A stretch of DNA of 64,000 bases from Promethearchaeota archaeon (lineage in GTDB: Archaea > Asgardarchaeota > Heimdallarchaeia > Hodarchaeales > Hodarchaeaceae). The position numbers and the translations under genes were made by a program. The notes under the pieces were generated by a model that was not told where the DNA came from, made no database searches, and saw nothing but the letters and a program-made list of their open reading frames with translations. Positions 1 through 9,525 of this stretch are shown here, piece by piece. Position 1 is the stretch's first letter, and each line of letters starts with the position of its first letter. The stretch covers positions 96,001 through 160,000 of the forward strand of contig JBHLMN010000003.1 of NCBI GenBank assembly GCA_048938105.1, in the 5' to 3' direction.

Positions 1-1
1 A

Positions 2-3000
2 TTTTTACTATTTGAAGATGCAAGGGGTATGTTTGATGATGATGATCATCAGGCAAATGTAGTAGATTTGGAGAAGGTAGTATATGCAGAAATGGGATTA
101 GAACTTCTAAAAAATCATTTTACGGATGTAGAAAAACACGAAATCGCTGACATGCTTATTTCAAAATCGAGAGAAGCTCATTTATTAGCAAAATCTCTCG
201 ATGAAGTGTCTGAAATTCTCTTTGAAATTGGTAGAATAAATATTGCGAATAAGCAACTAATAAATGGATTCAAAGTTTTCGACGAAGCAATTACTAATTC
301 TCAATTAGTCGGTGATGAGACCACTCCAAAGAAAATTATAGAGTATCTATTTCAAGAAGGAAAAAATCTTGCTGAGAATCTTCTTAAACCCTCCATATCA
401 CTTGAACCAACCATTGATCTTAGTAACCTCCCATTCGTGATATATTTTGATAAGATGGAGGAGATATGTAAAAAATTAGACAGAGGCCAAGAAATAGAAG
501 AAGTAGCTTTATATATATGGCAATTAGGATTAGATTTACTAGAACAAAAAGCCATTCGTGATGATTTCCCCTTTATTGAGAAAGCAACGAATTATCTTAT
601 AAACAATAACCGTTTTGTTGGTATCAGTACGATTGGTGATGTTCTGGAAAAAAGACTGGAACATCTTACAGAAAAGAAAGAAATCACAGCATTCGAGAGT
701 TTAAAAACATTTTTAGTAGATATATATACTCGAATCGATGATTATCAATCAGCAGGATTTTTAAATGTCAAGATCGCACAAGTTTATGCCTCATGGGGAA
801 ATTTTGAAAAACAAATTGCTTGTTTACGTGAAACATCAACGCTTTTTCAGAATGCTGATGAAGACACACTCAAAGCTTTTAGTGAAGCTCTCAATGAGCA
901 GTTCATAACCTTACAAACGTATGTACCCGACTCAATTTATAATGAAGTTTTATATCTACTTGGTAATTCATACTTGCAACTCAAAGATGACGACAAGTAT
1001 GATTCCTTATTTTCCAGTATTGCATTAAAGACCCTAGAAAATAATGACCCCTCTAAAGCCATGGAATTCCATCAACAAGATTATGAATTTCTTATAAGAA
1101 CAAAAAATTACTCTCGTGCATTAGCAAGAATAGAAGAGTTCTTAAAAGCTCTTTTCTCGAAAGGACAACATAAATACGCAAAAGATCTCAGATCCAAACA
1201 AATACAATTATTGATAGAGACTAAATCTTCTCAAGAACAAGTCTTACAAACCATTAAAAGCCTAGAAGATCAAATTACAGAAGCACTAAGCCAAAAAGTG
1301 GATATTGCACTAGTGAATGGCCTATTCAATCATATTATAGAGCTATATGATTATTTAGGACTGAAAGAAGCACATGGGGATGCATTATTTGAAATGGCAT
1401 CTCGCTTATTTGAATTGGAATATATTGACTCTGGATTTGAATATCTAAATAGGGCTTATGAGCAATTTAAGGTAGAAGATGCAATTGAGAAACATGGGCT
1501 TTTACTTGATTTTGCTTTCGAGAAAAAGAATTTTTACCAAGATCTTGCTGATCAAGAAACCGCTAATAGATTTCTGGATTTCCTGATCAGAAATCTCATC
1601 GAACTGAACCAGATTAAAGAAGCAGCAGAATTAATAATGAATCGTGCCATTCAGCTCATTCCAATAGATGAGGCTGAAGCGTTTAACCAATTTGAAGAAG
1701 CAAAAAAGTTAATATCCCAAGCACAGTCGTCAGAGGATATCTTACAATATTATCAAGATTATGGATCCGCTCTTTTAAAAGTAGGGAAAATTAACAAGGG
1801 TATGGAAGCTCTCGCCAAAGCAGAAGGGTCCACTTCTACAAATTCTCTAGCAATTGCAGATACATGCCTAACAGTAGCAAAAGATAGATTTACAGAAAAA
1901 GACTATGATGTTTATTTTATCCTTGTAGATCGAGCATTATCTATCTATACTGATTTAGAAATGTATCAAGAATCATCATCAATTGCTCTAGCTGAAGCTC
2001 GAAAATTGTGGAGCGTAAATAATCTACCCTACACAATGATTTATTTGGAACGAGCTTGGGCACCTTTAGCGATGACCTATGATGAAAAATTAGAAAAATC
2101 AATTCAACCAGTCTTACAAGTATCAGAAGAGTTTGTTACCGCTCTTTTTGAACAAAAGAGGTATGATGAAGCAAAGAACTTTCTAGAGTTTCAAGAACGA
2201 ATCTATAGACAGTTAAACCTCACAGAAAAAGTTTTAGAGGTAGAGCGGAGAAAAATTGATGCTTTAATTGGACGGGGAAATCTCGATGGTGCTCTTTCCC
2301 AGGTTCTCGATATGGCTACTATTGGAATCGAAGAATCGAAATTCAAAGAAACAGTAGCCCTTCTAAAGGATTTATTGCCAGGTTTTATCACAACTTCCCC
2401 ATTAAAAGCAAAAGATCTCCTCAAGATTTTCATCAACATCCTTCTGACAATGAAACCAACAGAATTAGCTACGAAGATCCTTTATGAATCACTAGATTAT
2501 CATATAATTTTAATTACGGGATATAGAAATCAAATGGAATTATTTCAAGATCAAGTTGCCCTCTTTTTTAACGCCTTGACTGAGGTAGCAGAAGCAGAAC
2601 AGGTTCTAGGCTATTTTATTATTCGCTTCAGTGAAGAAATGACCAAACTTAAAGATTATCATATTCTTTTCACGGTTTTAAATCAAAATATTCCCAATTT
2701 ACAAGTGACTGATTCCACTAATAAAATGAAGATAGTAAATGAAATTAGTTCAATATTAGAGTATCATGACTTAGCCCCACACACAATCCTGAATGGATTG
2801 GAATTTATGAATGCATTAACCCAAAATATAGAAGTTGAGAATAGAGAGAATGTATCACGTACATTTTACAGGATTGGTATGAAAAATAAAAACCAGAAAG
2901 AAGTTTACGAGCAGGCTGTTCAATTAGCCCTTGAACAATCTAAATTAACCAAGAATGTTCCCCTAACCTTAGATTTAATCTATGGAATGATTGAAGAAGA

Positions 3001-3208
3001 TTTGAAAACAGAGAATTACTTAAATGCATTAAGAAGACTAGATGAGGTTATAGAAAAATTAGATCAAGCTCCACTAGCAATGGCAAAAAAATTCGCTAAA
3101 TTACTAGATGAGTATCAAATCAAATTAGCAAAAGAGAAAAAAAGGAAATGGACGGATCTTTTGGCTACTAAATATCAGATAATTCTTGATAGATTCTTAA
3201 ATGAGTAA
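2..3208 (+). CDS. Large alpha-solenoid (TPR/SNAP-like) repeat protein, 5'-truncated by the window edge
   Basis: Frame is open from position 2 (FLLFEDARG precedes the ATG at 29); >1059 aa, all-helical, with repeated TPR-like A/G/Y patterns (e.g. YQSAGFLNVKIAQVYASWGNFEKQIACLRE). Confidence 0.75.
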   Translation, partial: FLLFEDARGMFDDDDHQANVVDLEKVVYAEMGLELLKNHFTDVEKHEIADMLISKSREAHLLAKSLDEVSEILFEIGRINIANKQLINGFKVFDEAITNSQLVGDETTPKKIIEYLFQEGKNLAENLLKPSISLEPTIDLSNLPFVIYFDKMEEICKKLDRGQEIEEVALYIWQLGLDLLEQKAIRDDFPFIEKATNYLINNNRFVGISTIGDVLEKRLEHLTEKKEITAFESLKTFLVDIYTRIDDYQSAGFLNVKIAQVYASWGNFEKQIACLRETSTLFQNADEDTLKAFSEALNEQFITLQTYVPDSIYNEVLYLLGNSYLQLKDDDKYDSLFSSIALKTLENNDPSKAMEFHQQDYEFLIRTKNYSRALARIEEFLKALFSKGQHKYAKDLRSKQIQLLIETKSSQEQVLQTIKSLEDQITEALSQKVDIALVNGLFNHIIELYDYLGLKEAHGDALFEMASRLFELEYIDSGFEYLNRAYEQFKVEDAIEKHGLLLDFAFEKKNFYQDLADQETANRFLDFLIRNLIELNQIKEAAELIMNRAIQLIPIDEAEAFNQFEEAKKLISQAQSSEDILQYYQDYGSALLKVGKINKGMEALAKAEGSTSTNSLAIADTCLTVAKDRFTEKDYDVYFILVDRALSIYTDLEMYQESSSIALAEARKLWSVNNLPYTMIYLERAWAPLAMTYDEKLEKSIQPVLQVSEEFVTALFEQKRYDEAKNFLEFQERIYRQLNLTEKVLEVERRKIDALIGRGNLDGALSQVLDMATIGIEESKFKETVALLKDLLPGFITTSPLKAKDLLKIFINILLTMKPTELATKILYESLDYHIILITGYRNQMELFQDQVALFFNALTEVAEAEQVLGYFIIRFSEEMTKLKDYHILFTVLNQNIPNLQVTDSTNKMKIVNEISSILEYHDLAPHTILNGLEFMNALTQNIEVENRENVSRTFYRIGMKNKNQKEVYEQAVQLALEQSKLTKNVPLTLDLIYGMIEEDLKTENYLNALRRLDEVIEKLDQAPLAMAKKFAKLLDEYQIKLAKEKKRKWTDLLATKYQIILDRFLNE

Positions 3209-3360
3209 ATTCACACTATAAAGCTGATATCTTCAGAGAATACTCTTGAAAATCTGCTTGAAACAATAAAAATATTTGGACGAAGTTAAAAAGAAAAAAT
3301 AGTAACCAATAAAAATTAGCAAATGTAAAGTACTTTTAGATGTTTTGAAGGTTTATTCTT

Positions 3361-3795
3361 ATGAGTGGTGATTATACGGCGTGGTTTTGCCAAGAAATGA
3401 AAAAACTGCTTGATTTGATAGCCAATCGCGCACATCAGACTAATCCTGCGGAGGTCAATAATCAAGTTGCGGAAATCCAACGCGGAGTAGAATATGGTAC
3501 AAATAATCCTGGATCAATTGACAATTTGCTCCTCAAACTGGGTAGAAACTTTATTGATTCCTTTCAAGTTTACTTACGTCAAATGAAAGCTAGATCTCCT
3601 ACAGGAATACCCCCTGGTGGCCAAGCAACATTACTTGCGGGAGTAGGTGATAGTCCAATAAGTGATGCAGGAACTACAAGTCAGCAATTCAGTGTAGATG
3701 AGTTAAAAGGAGCATTGAAATCACGAAAAAAAGAAAAAATCGTAAAAAAGATGAAAGGATCTTTAGATCTTTTGAAGGAATATGAAGATACTTAA
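3361..3795 (+). CDS. Hypothetical protein (helical N-terminus, Pro/Gly linker, basic C-terminal helix)
   Basis: 144-aa ATG ORF, GAAGGT upstream, no competing ORF. Confidence 0.7.
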   Translation: MSGDYTAWFCQEMKKLLDLIANRAHQTNPAEVNNQVAEIQRGVEYGTNNPGSIDNLLLKLGRNFIDSFQVYLRQMKARSPTGIPPGGQATLLAGVGDSPISDAGTTSQQFSVDELKGALKSRKKEKIVKKMKGSLDLLKEYEDT

Positions 3796-3812
3796 TTATA
3801 TGCCTTTATCTT

Positions 3813-4337
3813 TTAAAACTTAATTTCAGATAATATATTATCTATTTGATCTGTTAGTTCCTTCAAGGTTCCATCGTTTATGATAATATAATTTACAGGA
3901 AGATTAGAGACTTGAATTTCGGTTAAATGATTTGACCATCTTTTCCAATCTAGATCAGAGATCTTTCTATTTCCACGGGTCTCAAGTCTTATTTTACGTA
4001 TTTTAGAAGACGATTCAATTCTAATAAATTTGAAACCAAGAGGTTTAAGGTAGTCCACTTCGTTCATTCTTCGTATGTCATCGACTACTATTGATTCAGA
4101 AGATTCTTGTATCTTTTTAGTTAGGTATTTTATCCAGACATCATCATCAAATTCACGAAAAAATTTCCCCATTCCTTGGAGTAAATCCCGTGTAATTTCT
4201 AATTCTAACTCCTGTGCAATTTCTCTCATCTTACCAGAAAGTTGCATACGAATAAATCTATATTTTTTAACAATATATGCTGCTGCAGTAGATTTTCCAC
4301 TTCCCATATGGCCTGTTATTCCAATAAGAAGCCGCAT
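3813..4337 (-). CDS. P-loop nucleoside monophosphate/dephospho-CoA kinase-like protein (UPF0200-like)
   Basis: IGITGHMGSGKST Walker A at the N-terminus; IVVDDIRRMNE motif. Confidence 0.8.
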   Translation of the reverse strand: MRLLIGITGHMGSGKSTAAAYIVKKYRFIRMQLSGKMREIAQELELEITRDLLQGMGKFFREFDDDVWIKYLTKKIQESSESIVVDDIRRMNEVDYLKPLGFKFIRIESSSKIRKIRLETRGNRKISDLDWKRWSNHLTEIQVSNLPVNYIIINDGTLKELTDQIDNILSEIKF

Positions 4338-4372
4338 AGCTTATTCTACCTGTAAAAAAGTATCGTTATTCA

Positions 4373-6220
4373 TTATAAATCCGGATGCCTCTGAGAATCA
4401 AGCTCATTAGAATCTGAATTTCCTTCATTTACATCAAAGTTATCCTCATCAGAGGCTAAGGATAAATCAATTGATTCGATTTTTCCTTCTTTCGGTTCAT
4501 ATGTGGCTACAGCTGGCCTTCGTGAAAGGATAATCTTTCGTATGACCCAACCAAGTCCGAAAATAAATCCAGCATAGAATGCAACTGATTCAACATATTC
4601 AAAGTACAGTACCGCACGAAAAAGAATTTCAACGAAACCTTGGCTTAAAAGGGGAGCGTCCGCGTATAATTCTGGTGTCGCTTCATGTAATTCATAGATA
4701 TCACCAAGAATATTCGTAATTATCAATACAAAAGCTGTTGATATAAGAAGAAAAAAGATAGAAAGACGTTCTTTTACTCTAGGTGTCACAATAGTGATAG
4801 AAAGAAATTTGAAAGCAGCAGCTATAATAAAATAGAGAGGTAAGAGAAGAAACGGAACATACTTAAAGGTGGGCCATATAAGCATAAACCATTCTGACAA
4901 TGGAAGCACCAACTCATCATAGATTAGATAAATTAAGGAAGGAATCTCAAGATCTATCTCAAGATTTAACTCTAACTCTAAGATTTGTAAGATACCACGC
5001 AAGCTGTTCCAAAATAATCCCAGCCACGCTGAAAACATAATCAGATATTTCATGATCACAGCAATCTTAGGAGGCGAACGAGCGATAACACGTCCAGTTC
5101 GTGCTACTTCAACTCCTTTGAAAATCGCTGTAAATATAGCAACAATTGCAAATCCCTCTGCAAATCCAACAATCACAGTAGCGATAAGAGTAATGAAAAC
5201 AAAATCGAGCTGAAGTATATTTATAATATCAAAAGCACGGGTTATGAATACAACCCATAAATCGGTCTTATCCTCAAATAGGATATCCCAAATTGTCCAT
5301 GATATAACTGGGAGTAAATAGAGAATTCCTATTAAGGGGATAATCAGCAGAAAATTTACACTTGTTATAAATGCAGTTACCTTAAGACCTCTCCATAAAA
5401 TTAGGAAAATAAATTTTACTAATTGATAAATCCACCATAATATCATTCCAATGAGGATAATTCCAACAATTGGTGCAATAGGAGTAGCCAATAGATTGAA
5501 AAGAAATAATCCGAATATCGGTATCCCTAACCAGGCTAATATTTTGTAAAGTCTCTTATTCTCTTCTTCTTCATCTACTTCCTCTTTTCTAAAACGTGAA
5601 GTTACCCTATTTCTAGCTAGAGTTGTTAAAATGGATAGAAAAATCAATACAGAGAATGCAATTATTACCAAGAAGAAAAAATCGAAATAGATATTACGAG
5701 CAGTTTGGTAAAATTCCTTCCCCGTTCCTATTTTCTCAGTTAAACCAGGAATGTTAGCTTCAGAAGATACAAGCACCCATTCCATAGCAAGAACAGGGAG
5801 AAGCTCAAGATATGTTGGTTTTATATCCAAGACAGGATTTTCCTGATACAGAAACACATCTAGAAGTAAATAGATGGCTGAACAAAACGACAATGCCAAT
5901 GCTGCAAAGAGGAAAAAACGAGCATTATACACCATTTCATTAGTTTCTTCATTACGTAAACCAAATTCTGTTGCCATATCGAATAATACAATCTTAGAAA
6001 AACCGATTAAAACGCAAAAAAAACATAGACTTGAAAGTACAACTGCAACTAAGTATGCTGGATCCTCAATTGTAGCAGATGAAAGATCAATCTCTTGGGA
6101 AACAAACATTACGCCGATAATTAATAGTGCTATTACTAGAAGACCTAGAATTTTATAGATCTGGCTTTTGAGGTATTCTTTCCATGGAATGCGAGACAAC
6201 TCGGTTATAACAGAAGACAT
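4373..6220 (-). CDS. Polytopic membrane protein of unknown function
   Basis: 615 aa, roughly 12-13 hydrophobic segments, acidic C-terminal tail; GGAG SD upstream. Confidence 0.75.
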   Translation of the reverse strand: MSSVITELSRIPWKEYLKSQIYKILGLLVIALLIIGVMFVSQEIDLSSATIEDPAYLVAVVLSSLCFFCVLIGFSKIVLFDMATEFGLRNEETNEMVYNARFFLFAALALSFCSAIYLLLDVFLYQENPVLDIKPTYLELLPVLAMEWVLVSSEANIPGLTEKIGTGKEFYQTARNIYFDFFFLVIIAFSVLIFLSILTTLARNRVTSRFRKEEVDEEEENKRLYKILAWLGIPIFGLFLFNLLATPIAPIVGIILIGMILWWIYQLVKFIFLILWRGLKVTAFITSVNFLLIIPLIGILYLLPVISWTIWDILFEDKTDLWVVFITRAFDIINILQLDFVFITLIATVIVGFAEGFAIVAIFTAIFKGVEVARTGRVIARSPPKIAVIMKYLIMFSAWLGLFWNSLRGILQILELELNLEIDLEIPSLIYLIYDELVLPLSEWFMLIWPTFKYVPFLLLPLYFIIAAAFKFLSITIVTPRVKERLSIFFLLISTAFVLIITNILGDIYELHEATPELYADAPLLSQGFVEILFRAVLYFEYVESVAFYAGFIFGLGWVIRKIILSRRPAVATYEPKEGKIESIDLSLASDEDNFDVNEGNSDSNELDSQRHPDL

Positions 6221-6428
6221 AGGGCTTAACTCCTTTAATAGAATTTCTCATCACTCTTTTACTTGATTTAAATGTGAATCGTTATAAATCTTAACTTCCT
6301 AAAATCAGTTTACAGAACATCAAACCATTATAGATGTACACTAAAGGCACTTTACGCTTAAAGTAATCAGTAGATTTTAAAATAATTTCTTTACTTCCTC
6401 CTCAAAAGAATTTTATAAGTGAAAACCT

Positions 6429-6983
6429 ATGAACTATGACGATGAGAAGGCAAAATATCATCTTAAAATCATTGTTTGTGGCGCTGGAGCAGTGGGAAAA
6501 ACATCAATTGTAAGACGTTATGTAGAAGACAAGTTTGAATTCAACTACTTGCTTACAATAGGTTTAGACCCAACCAATCGTCGAATTGAAATTGATGGAT
6601 TTCTTGTTAATTTGGTTATTTTTGATGTGGCTGGCCAAAAACGCTTTCAAACGTTACGAGATATCTTTTTCAGGAAAGCTAATGGTGCTATTTTAGTTTT
6701 CGACCTTACACGACAAGAAACTGTTGATGAACTTTATGAATGGAAAGAACAGATAGACAAGCGCCTAGGGAAAAACCATATCCCGATGATTTTAATTGGT
6801 AATAAATCTGATCTTGAAGATATAATACAAATTGATTATAGTTATCTCGAAGATCAAGTTATTCCAGATTTTACACCAATTAAATATCTAGAAACTTCAG
6901 CGTATCAAGATAAAAATATACGTGAAACATTTTACTTTTTAACCAAAGAAATTCTAATACAACAAGGTATTATTTCATCTTAG
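6429..6983 (+). CDS. Rab-like small GTPase
   Basis: G1 GAGAVGKT, G2 TIGLD, G3 DVAGQ, G4 NKSD, G5 ETSA; no C-terminal Cys prenylation motif. Confidence 0.92.
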   Translation: MNYDDEKAKYHLKIIVCGAGAVGKTSIVRRYVEDKFEFNYLLTIGLDPTNRRIEIDGFLVNLVIFDVAGQKRFQTLRDIFFRKANGAILVFDLTRQETVDELYEWKEQIDKRLGKNHIPMILIGNKSDLEDIIQIDYSYLEDQVIPDFTPIKYLETSAYQDKNIRETFYFLTKEILIQQGIISS

Positions 6984-7365
6984 AAATTAGAACCTAGTAT
7001 AAAAGAACCCATGTTCTCCCCGTCCCATTTTCTTATGTAATCCTTGTGAAAAATCGCAAAGAATTTATTTCTGAGATAAATCGTCTTAATACTCTCGTAG
7101 ATTTTACCCATCTGATAATTCTCTGAAAAATCCTCATAAATTATACTCTTCTACTCTTACATAGGCTTTATATGACAAGGATTTCAAAAACTAATAAGTA
7201 ATGATTTATTTATACCTAAAAAATTGCTAAAGAATTTTAAAAGTCTATCTAGAGATTCTATTCACTAAAAAACCTTAATTACAGAAGCCCAAATTAGTAA
7301 TGAATGAATCCGACAAAAATAATCTTTTTATATAATATTCATTAGAAAAGCACAAAAAAAAATCA

Positions 7366-7584
7366 TTATATCAATTGTGTAAAAAATCCTTGAAAAATGG
7401 GTTTCTCTATTCTAAGGGCATCCCCTTCGCAATTTAATTCACATGCTCGACATTTCAGACAAATAGCAGGCTTTACAAGCTTTGCTTTGGTTTTATTGGT
7501 GTCAAACGTAAAACAACCTCGTGGACATACTTGTATACAGAACTGGCATCCTATACAACGTTCTATATTGAAATGTATTACCAT
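7366..7584 (-). CDS. 2[4Fe-4S] ferredoxin, HgcB-like
   Basis: Two CxxCxxCxxxC motifs (CIGCQFCIQVC, CLKCRACELNC); 5 nt downstream of the hgcA-like gene. Confidence 0.85.
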   Translation of the reverse strand: MVIHFNIERCIGCQFCIQVCPRGCFTFDTNKTKAKLVKPAICLKCRACELNCEGDALRIEKPIFQGFFTQLI

Positions 7585-7589
7585 GTTTG

Positions 7590-8564
7590 TTAACCTCCAA
7601 TGATAAACGGTGTGACAATCAATCCAAGTATAATTACCAATGCTGCTCCAGTAAGGAGTATATAATCCTTTATAATAAAATCAGTCCCCCAAAAGGGCGT
7701 AAAACCATCAAAATCTGTACTGATAATTAAACCATATAGTAATAGTGTACCAAACCCTATAGCAAAATCCATGGTCGAACTTGTAAAAAATAAACCAGTA
7801 GATAATGGAACCAGAACGATAGAAAGGATAATCCCTTTGAAAAATCCCGAATTGAAAGGAACCACGGGATAAAGTACACCTATTAAACACCCGAAGAACC
7901 ATATATATAATAGAAGGAATACTACATTTCTCTGTAACCACCAAGCCCATGGCTGCAGTAAAAAACCAAGAGGTTGAGCTAAAATTGCAATTCCTAATAC
8001 TAGAGGTAGTAAGATTAAGGAAATGAAAACGTTATGAGAGATACTGTTCTCTAAACGTCTTTTAAGATTAAATTCAACTTGAGATATCTTTGCTGATTTT
8101 ATTTGATCATTCTGCAAATACTCGCTTAAATCGTTAATATATACTGGACCGAATTTCGCTTCCCATTCAGCCTTTTTCAGTACAATATGATCAACTCCAG
8201 CAGCTGAAAGTTGTGGAAGTATTAACTGACGATGATTTATCGCTTCTGATAGATCGGTATCTTCTATTTGTTCAAGAATCTTCTCTGCAGTAAAATTACC
8301 CCCTACAGCGGAACACCAAACATTCACTCCTTCAGTATCAACTACTAACAACCAGGAATTAATGTTCTGTTTCTCTAAAGAAGACACAATCCTTTTGTAA
8401 GTAACAAAATAATTTGAAGTTACCAAAACAGGAGATTCTTCAGTTGGATTACCAATTGGATAAAGTCCAGGTTTAACGTTCAAGTTGAAACCGGGGAAGG
8501 CGATCCCTGCAATAACTATTGAAAACAATTCTTTGAGTACATCCAACATACTCATTATGATCAC
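7590..8564 (-). CDS. HgcA-like corrinoid-binding membrane protein (CdhD/CFeSP-gamma-related domain + about 5 TM helices)
   Basis: PGLYPIGNP..SPVLVTSNY, DTEGVNVWCSAVGG cap helix, LILPQLSAAG, FGPV; hydrophobic C-terminal half. Confidence 0.85.
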   Translation of the reverse strand: MIIMSMLDVLKELFSIVIAGIAFPGFNLNVKPGLYPIGNPTEESPVLVTSNYFVTYKRIVSSLEKQNINSWLLVVDTEGVNVWCSAVGGNFTAEKILEQIEDTDLSEAINHRQLILPQLSAAGVDHIVLKKAEWEAKFGPVYINDLSEYLQNDQIKSAKISQVEFNLKRRLENSISHNVFISLILLPLVLGIAILAQPLGFLLQPWAWWLQRNVVFLLLYIWFFGCLIGVLYPVVPFNSGFFKGIILSIVLVPLSTGLFFTSSTMDFAIGFGTLLLYGLIISTDFDGFTPFWGTDFIIKDYILLTGAALVIILGLIVTPFIIGG

Positions 8565-8603
8565 ACATCTGGGTTTATTGAATATTATATTTTTAATTTA
8601 CTC

Positions 8604-9266
8604 TCACTTAGCTTCCTTCTTGATAATAAATAAGGTAAGATGTCCATTTAGGTAATGTTTTTGATCAATGATGGAACCAAAAGTTGATAGAAGAGTTGTT
8701 ATATCATGAATAGGATGTTTTGGAACTTTAACGAATGTTGTGGCTATTATGTAGGCAGGGAATCTCAGCAAATTGATAACTAAACGTTTGATTCTGCTTG
8801 TGGGGATTGATTCTGTGACAAGTATAAGTATACCATTTGTTTTCAAGCAGGAATGAAACTCATTAAGGGTTTTTTTAACCCCCTCGTAGTTTAATTCCGA
8901 TAAAACCAGAGAACAGAGAATAATATCGAATAATTCGAGTTTTAGTGGTAGAGCAGTAATTGAAGATCTAACCAGACAAGGGAGGGATTTTCTTCCAAAA
9001 AATCTTTTTCGTGCTTGCTGAAGCATTTTTTCAGAGATATCAATACCAATATGATCTACCCAAGTAGCATCTGCTATTTCTATAAAACGACCAGTACCAC
9101 AACCTGCATCAAGAAGAAACTGATTTTTATGCAAATAATTCTCTTTAATATATGTATAAATCCTACCACGGCGACCAAAAGTTAGAAAATTGATTAAACA
9201 CTCATATTTATTTGGTGCCTTCTTTTCAGCTAATGTCATCAAAATTGTTGCCATTTTATTAATCAA
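8604..9266 (-). CDS. cpaM: Class I SAM-dependent methyltransferase, corrinoid-protein-associated (CpaM-like)
   Basis: LLDAGCGTG motif I, GIDISEKML, FDIILCSLVLSEL; N-terminal APNKYE..I..LTFGR resembles CpaM; directly upstream of the hgcA-like gene. Confidence 0.7.
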   Translation of the reverse strand: MINKMATILMTLAEKKAPNKYECLINFLTFGRRGRIYTYIKENYLHKNQFLLDAGCGTGRFIEIADATWVDHIGIDISEKMLQQARKRFFGRKSLPCLVRSSITALPLKLELFDIILCSLVLSELNYEGVKKTLNEFHSCLKTNGILILVTESIPTSRIKRLVINLLRFPAYIIATTFVKVPKHPIHDITTLLSTFGSIIDQKHYLNGHLTLFIIKKEAK

Positions 9267-9525
9267 AGAATGAAAAAATCCCTTTAGTAAATCAAGTTTT
9301 TGTCAAAAATAAGGGATCAAATCCTATTATTATAACAGGAGATCTATTAAAATCGTTACTCTATAAGCTAATTAGGCATTTTAAGCTTTAATTGTGCTAC
9401 CATATTTTTCAACAATCATTCGGTAAAGAAACAATTCAATTCATGTCCCTTCAGCCAATTTTTCAGATGAAATTGAAACAGAACTTTAGAGGATGAGTTC
9501 AAGGTTTTTTGGCACGATTTTGTTC

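Noticed and set aside
7366-8564. Calling these bona fide mercury-methylation genes hgcA/hgcB
   Set aside because: The cap helix deviates (NVWCSAVGG) and the ferredoxin lacks the CxECGAC motif and C-terminal cysteines; reported only as -like
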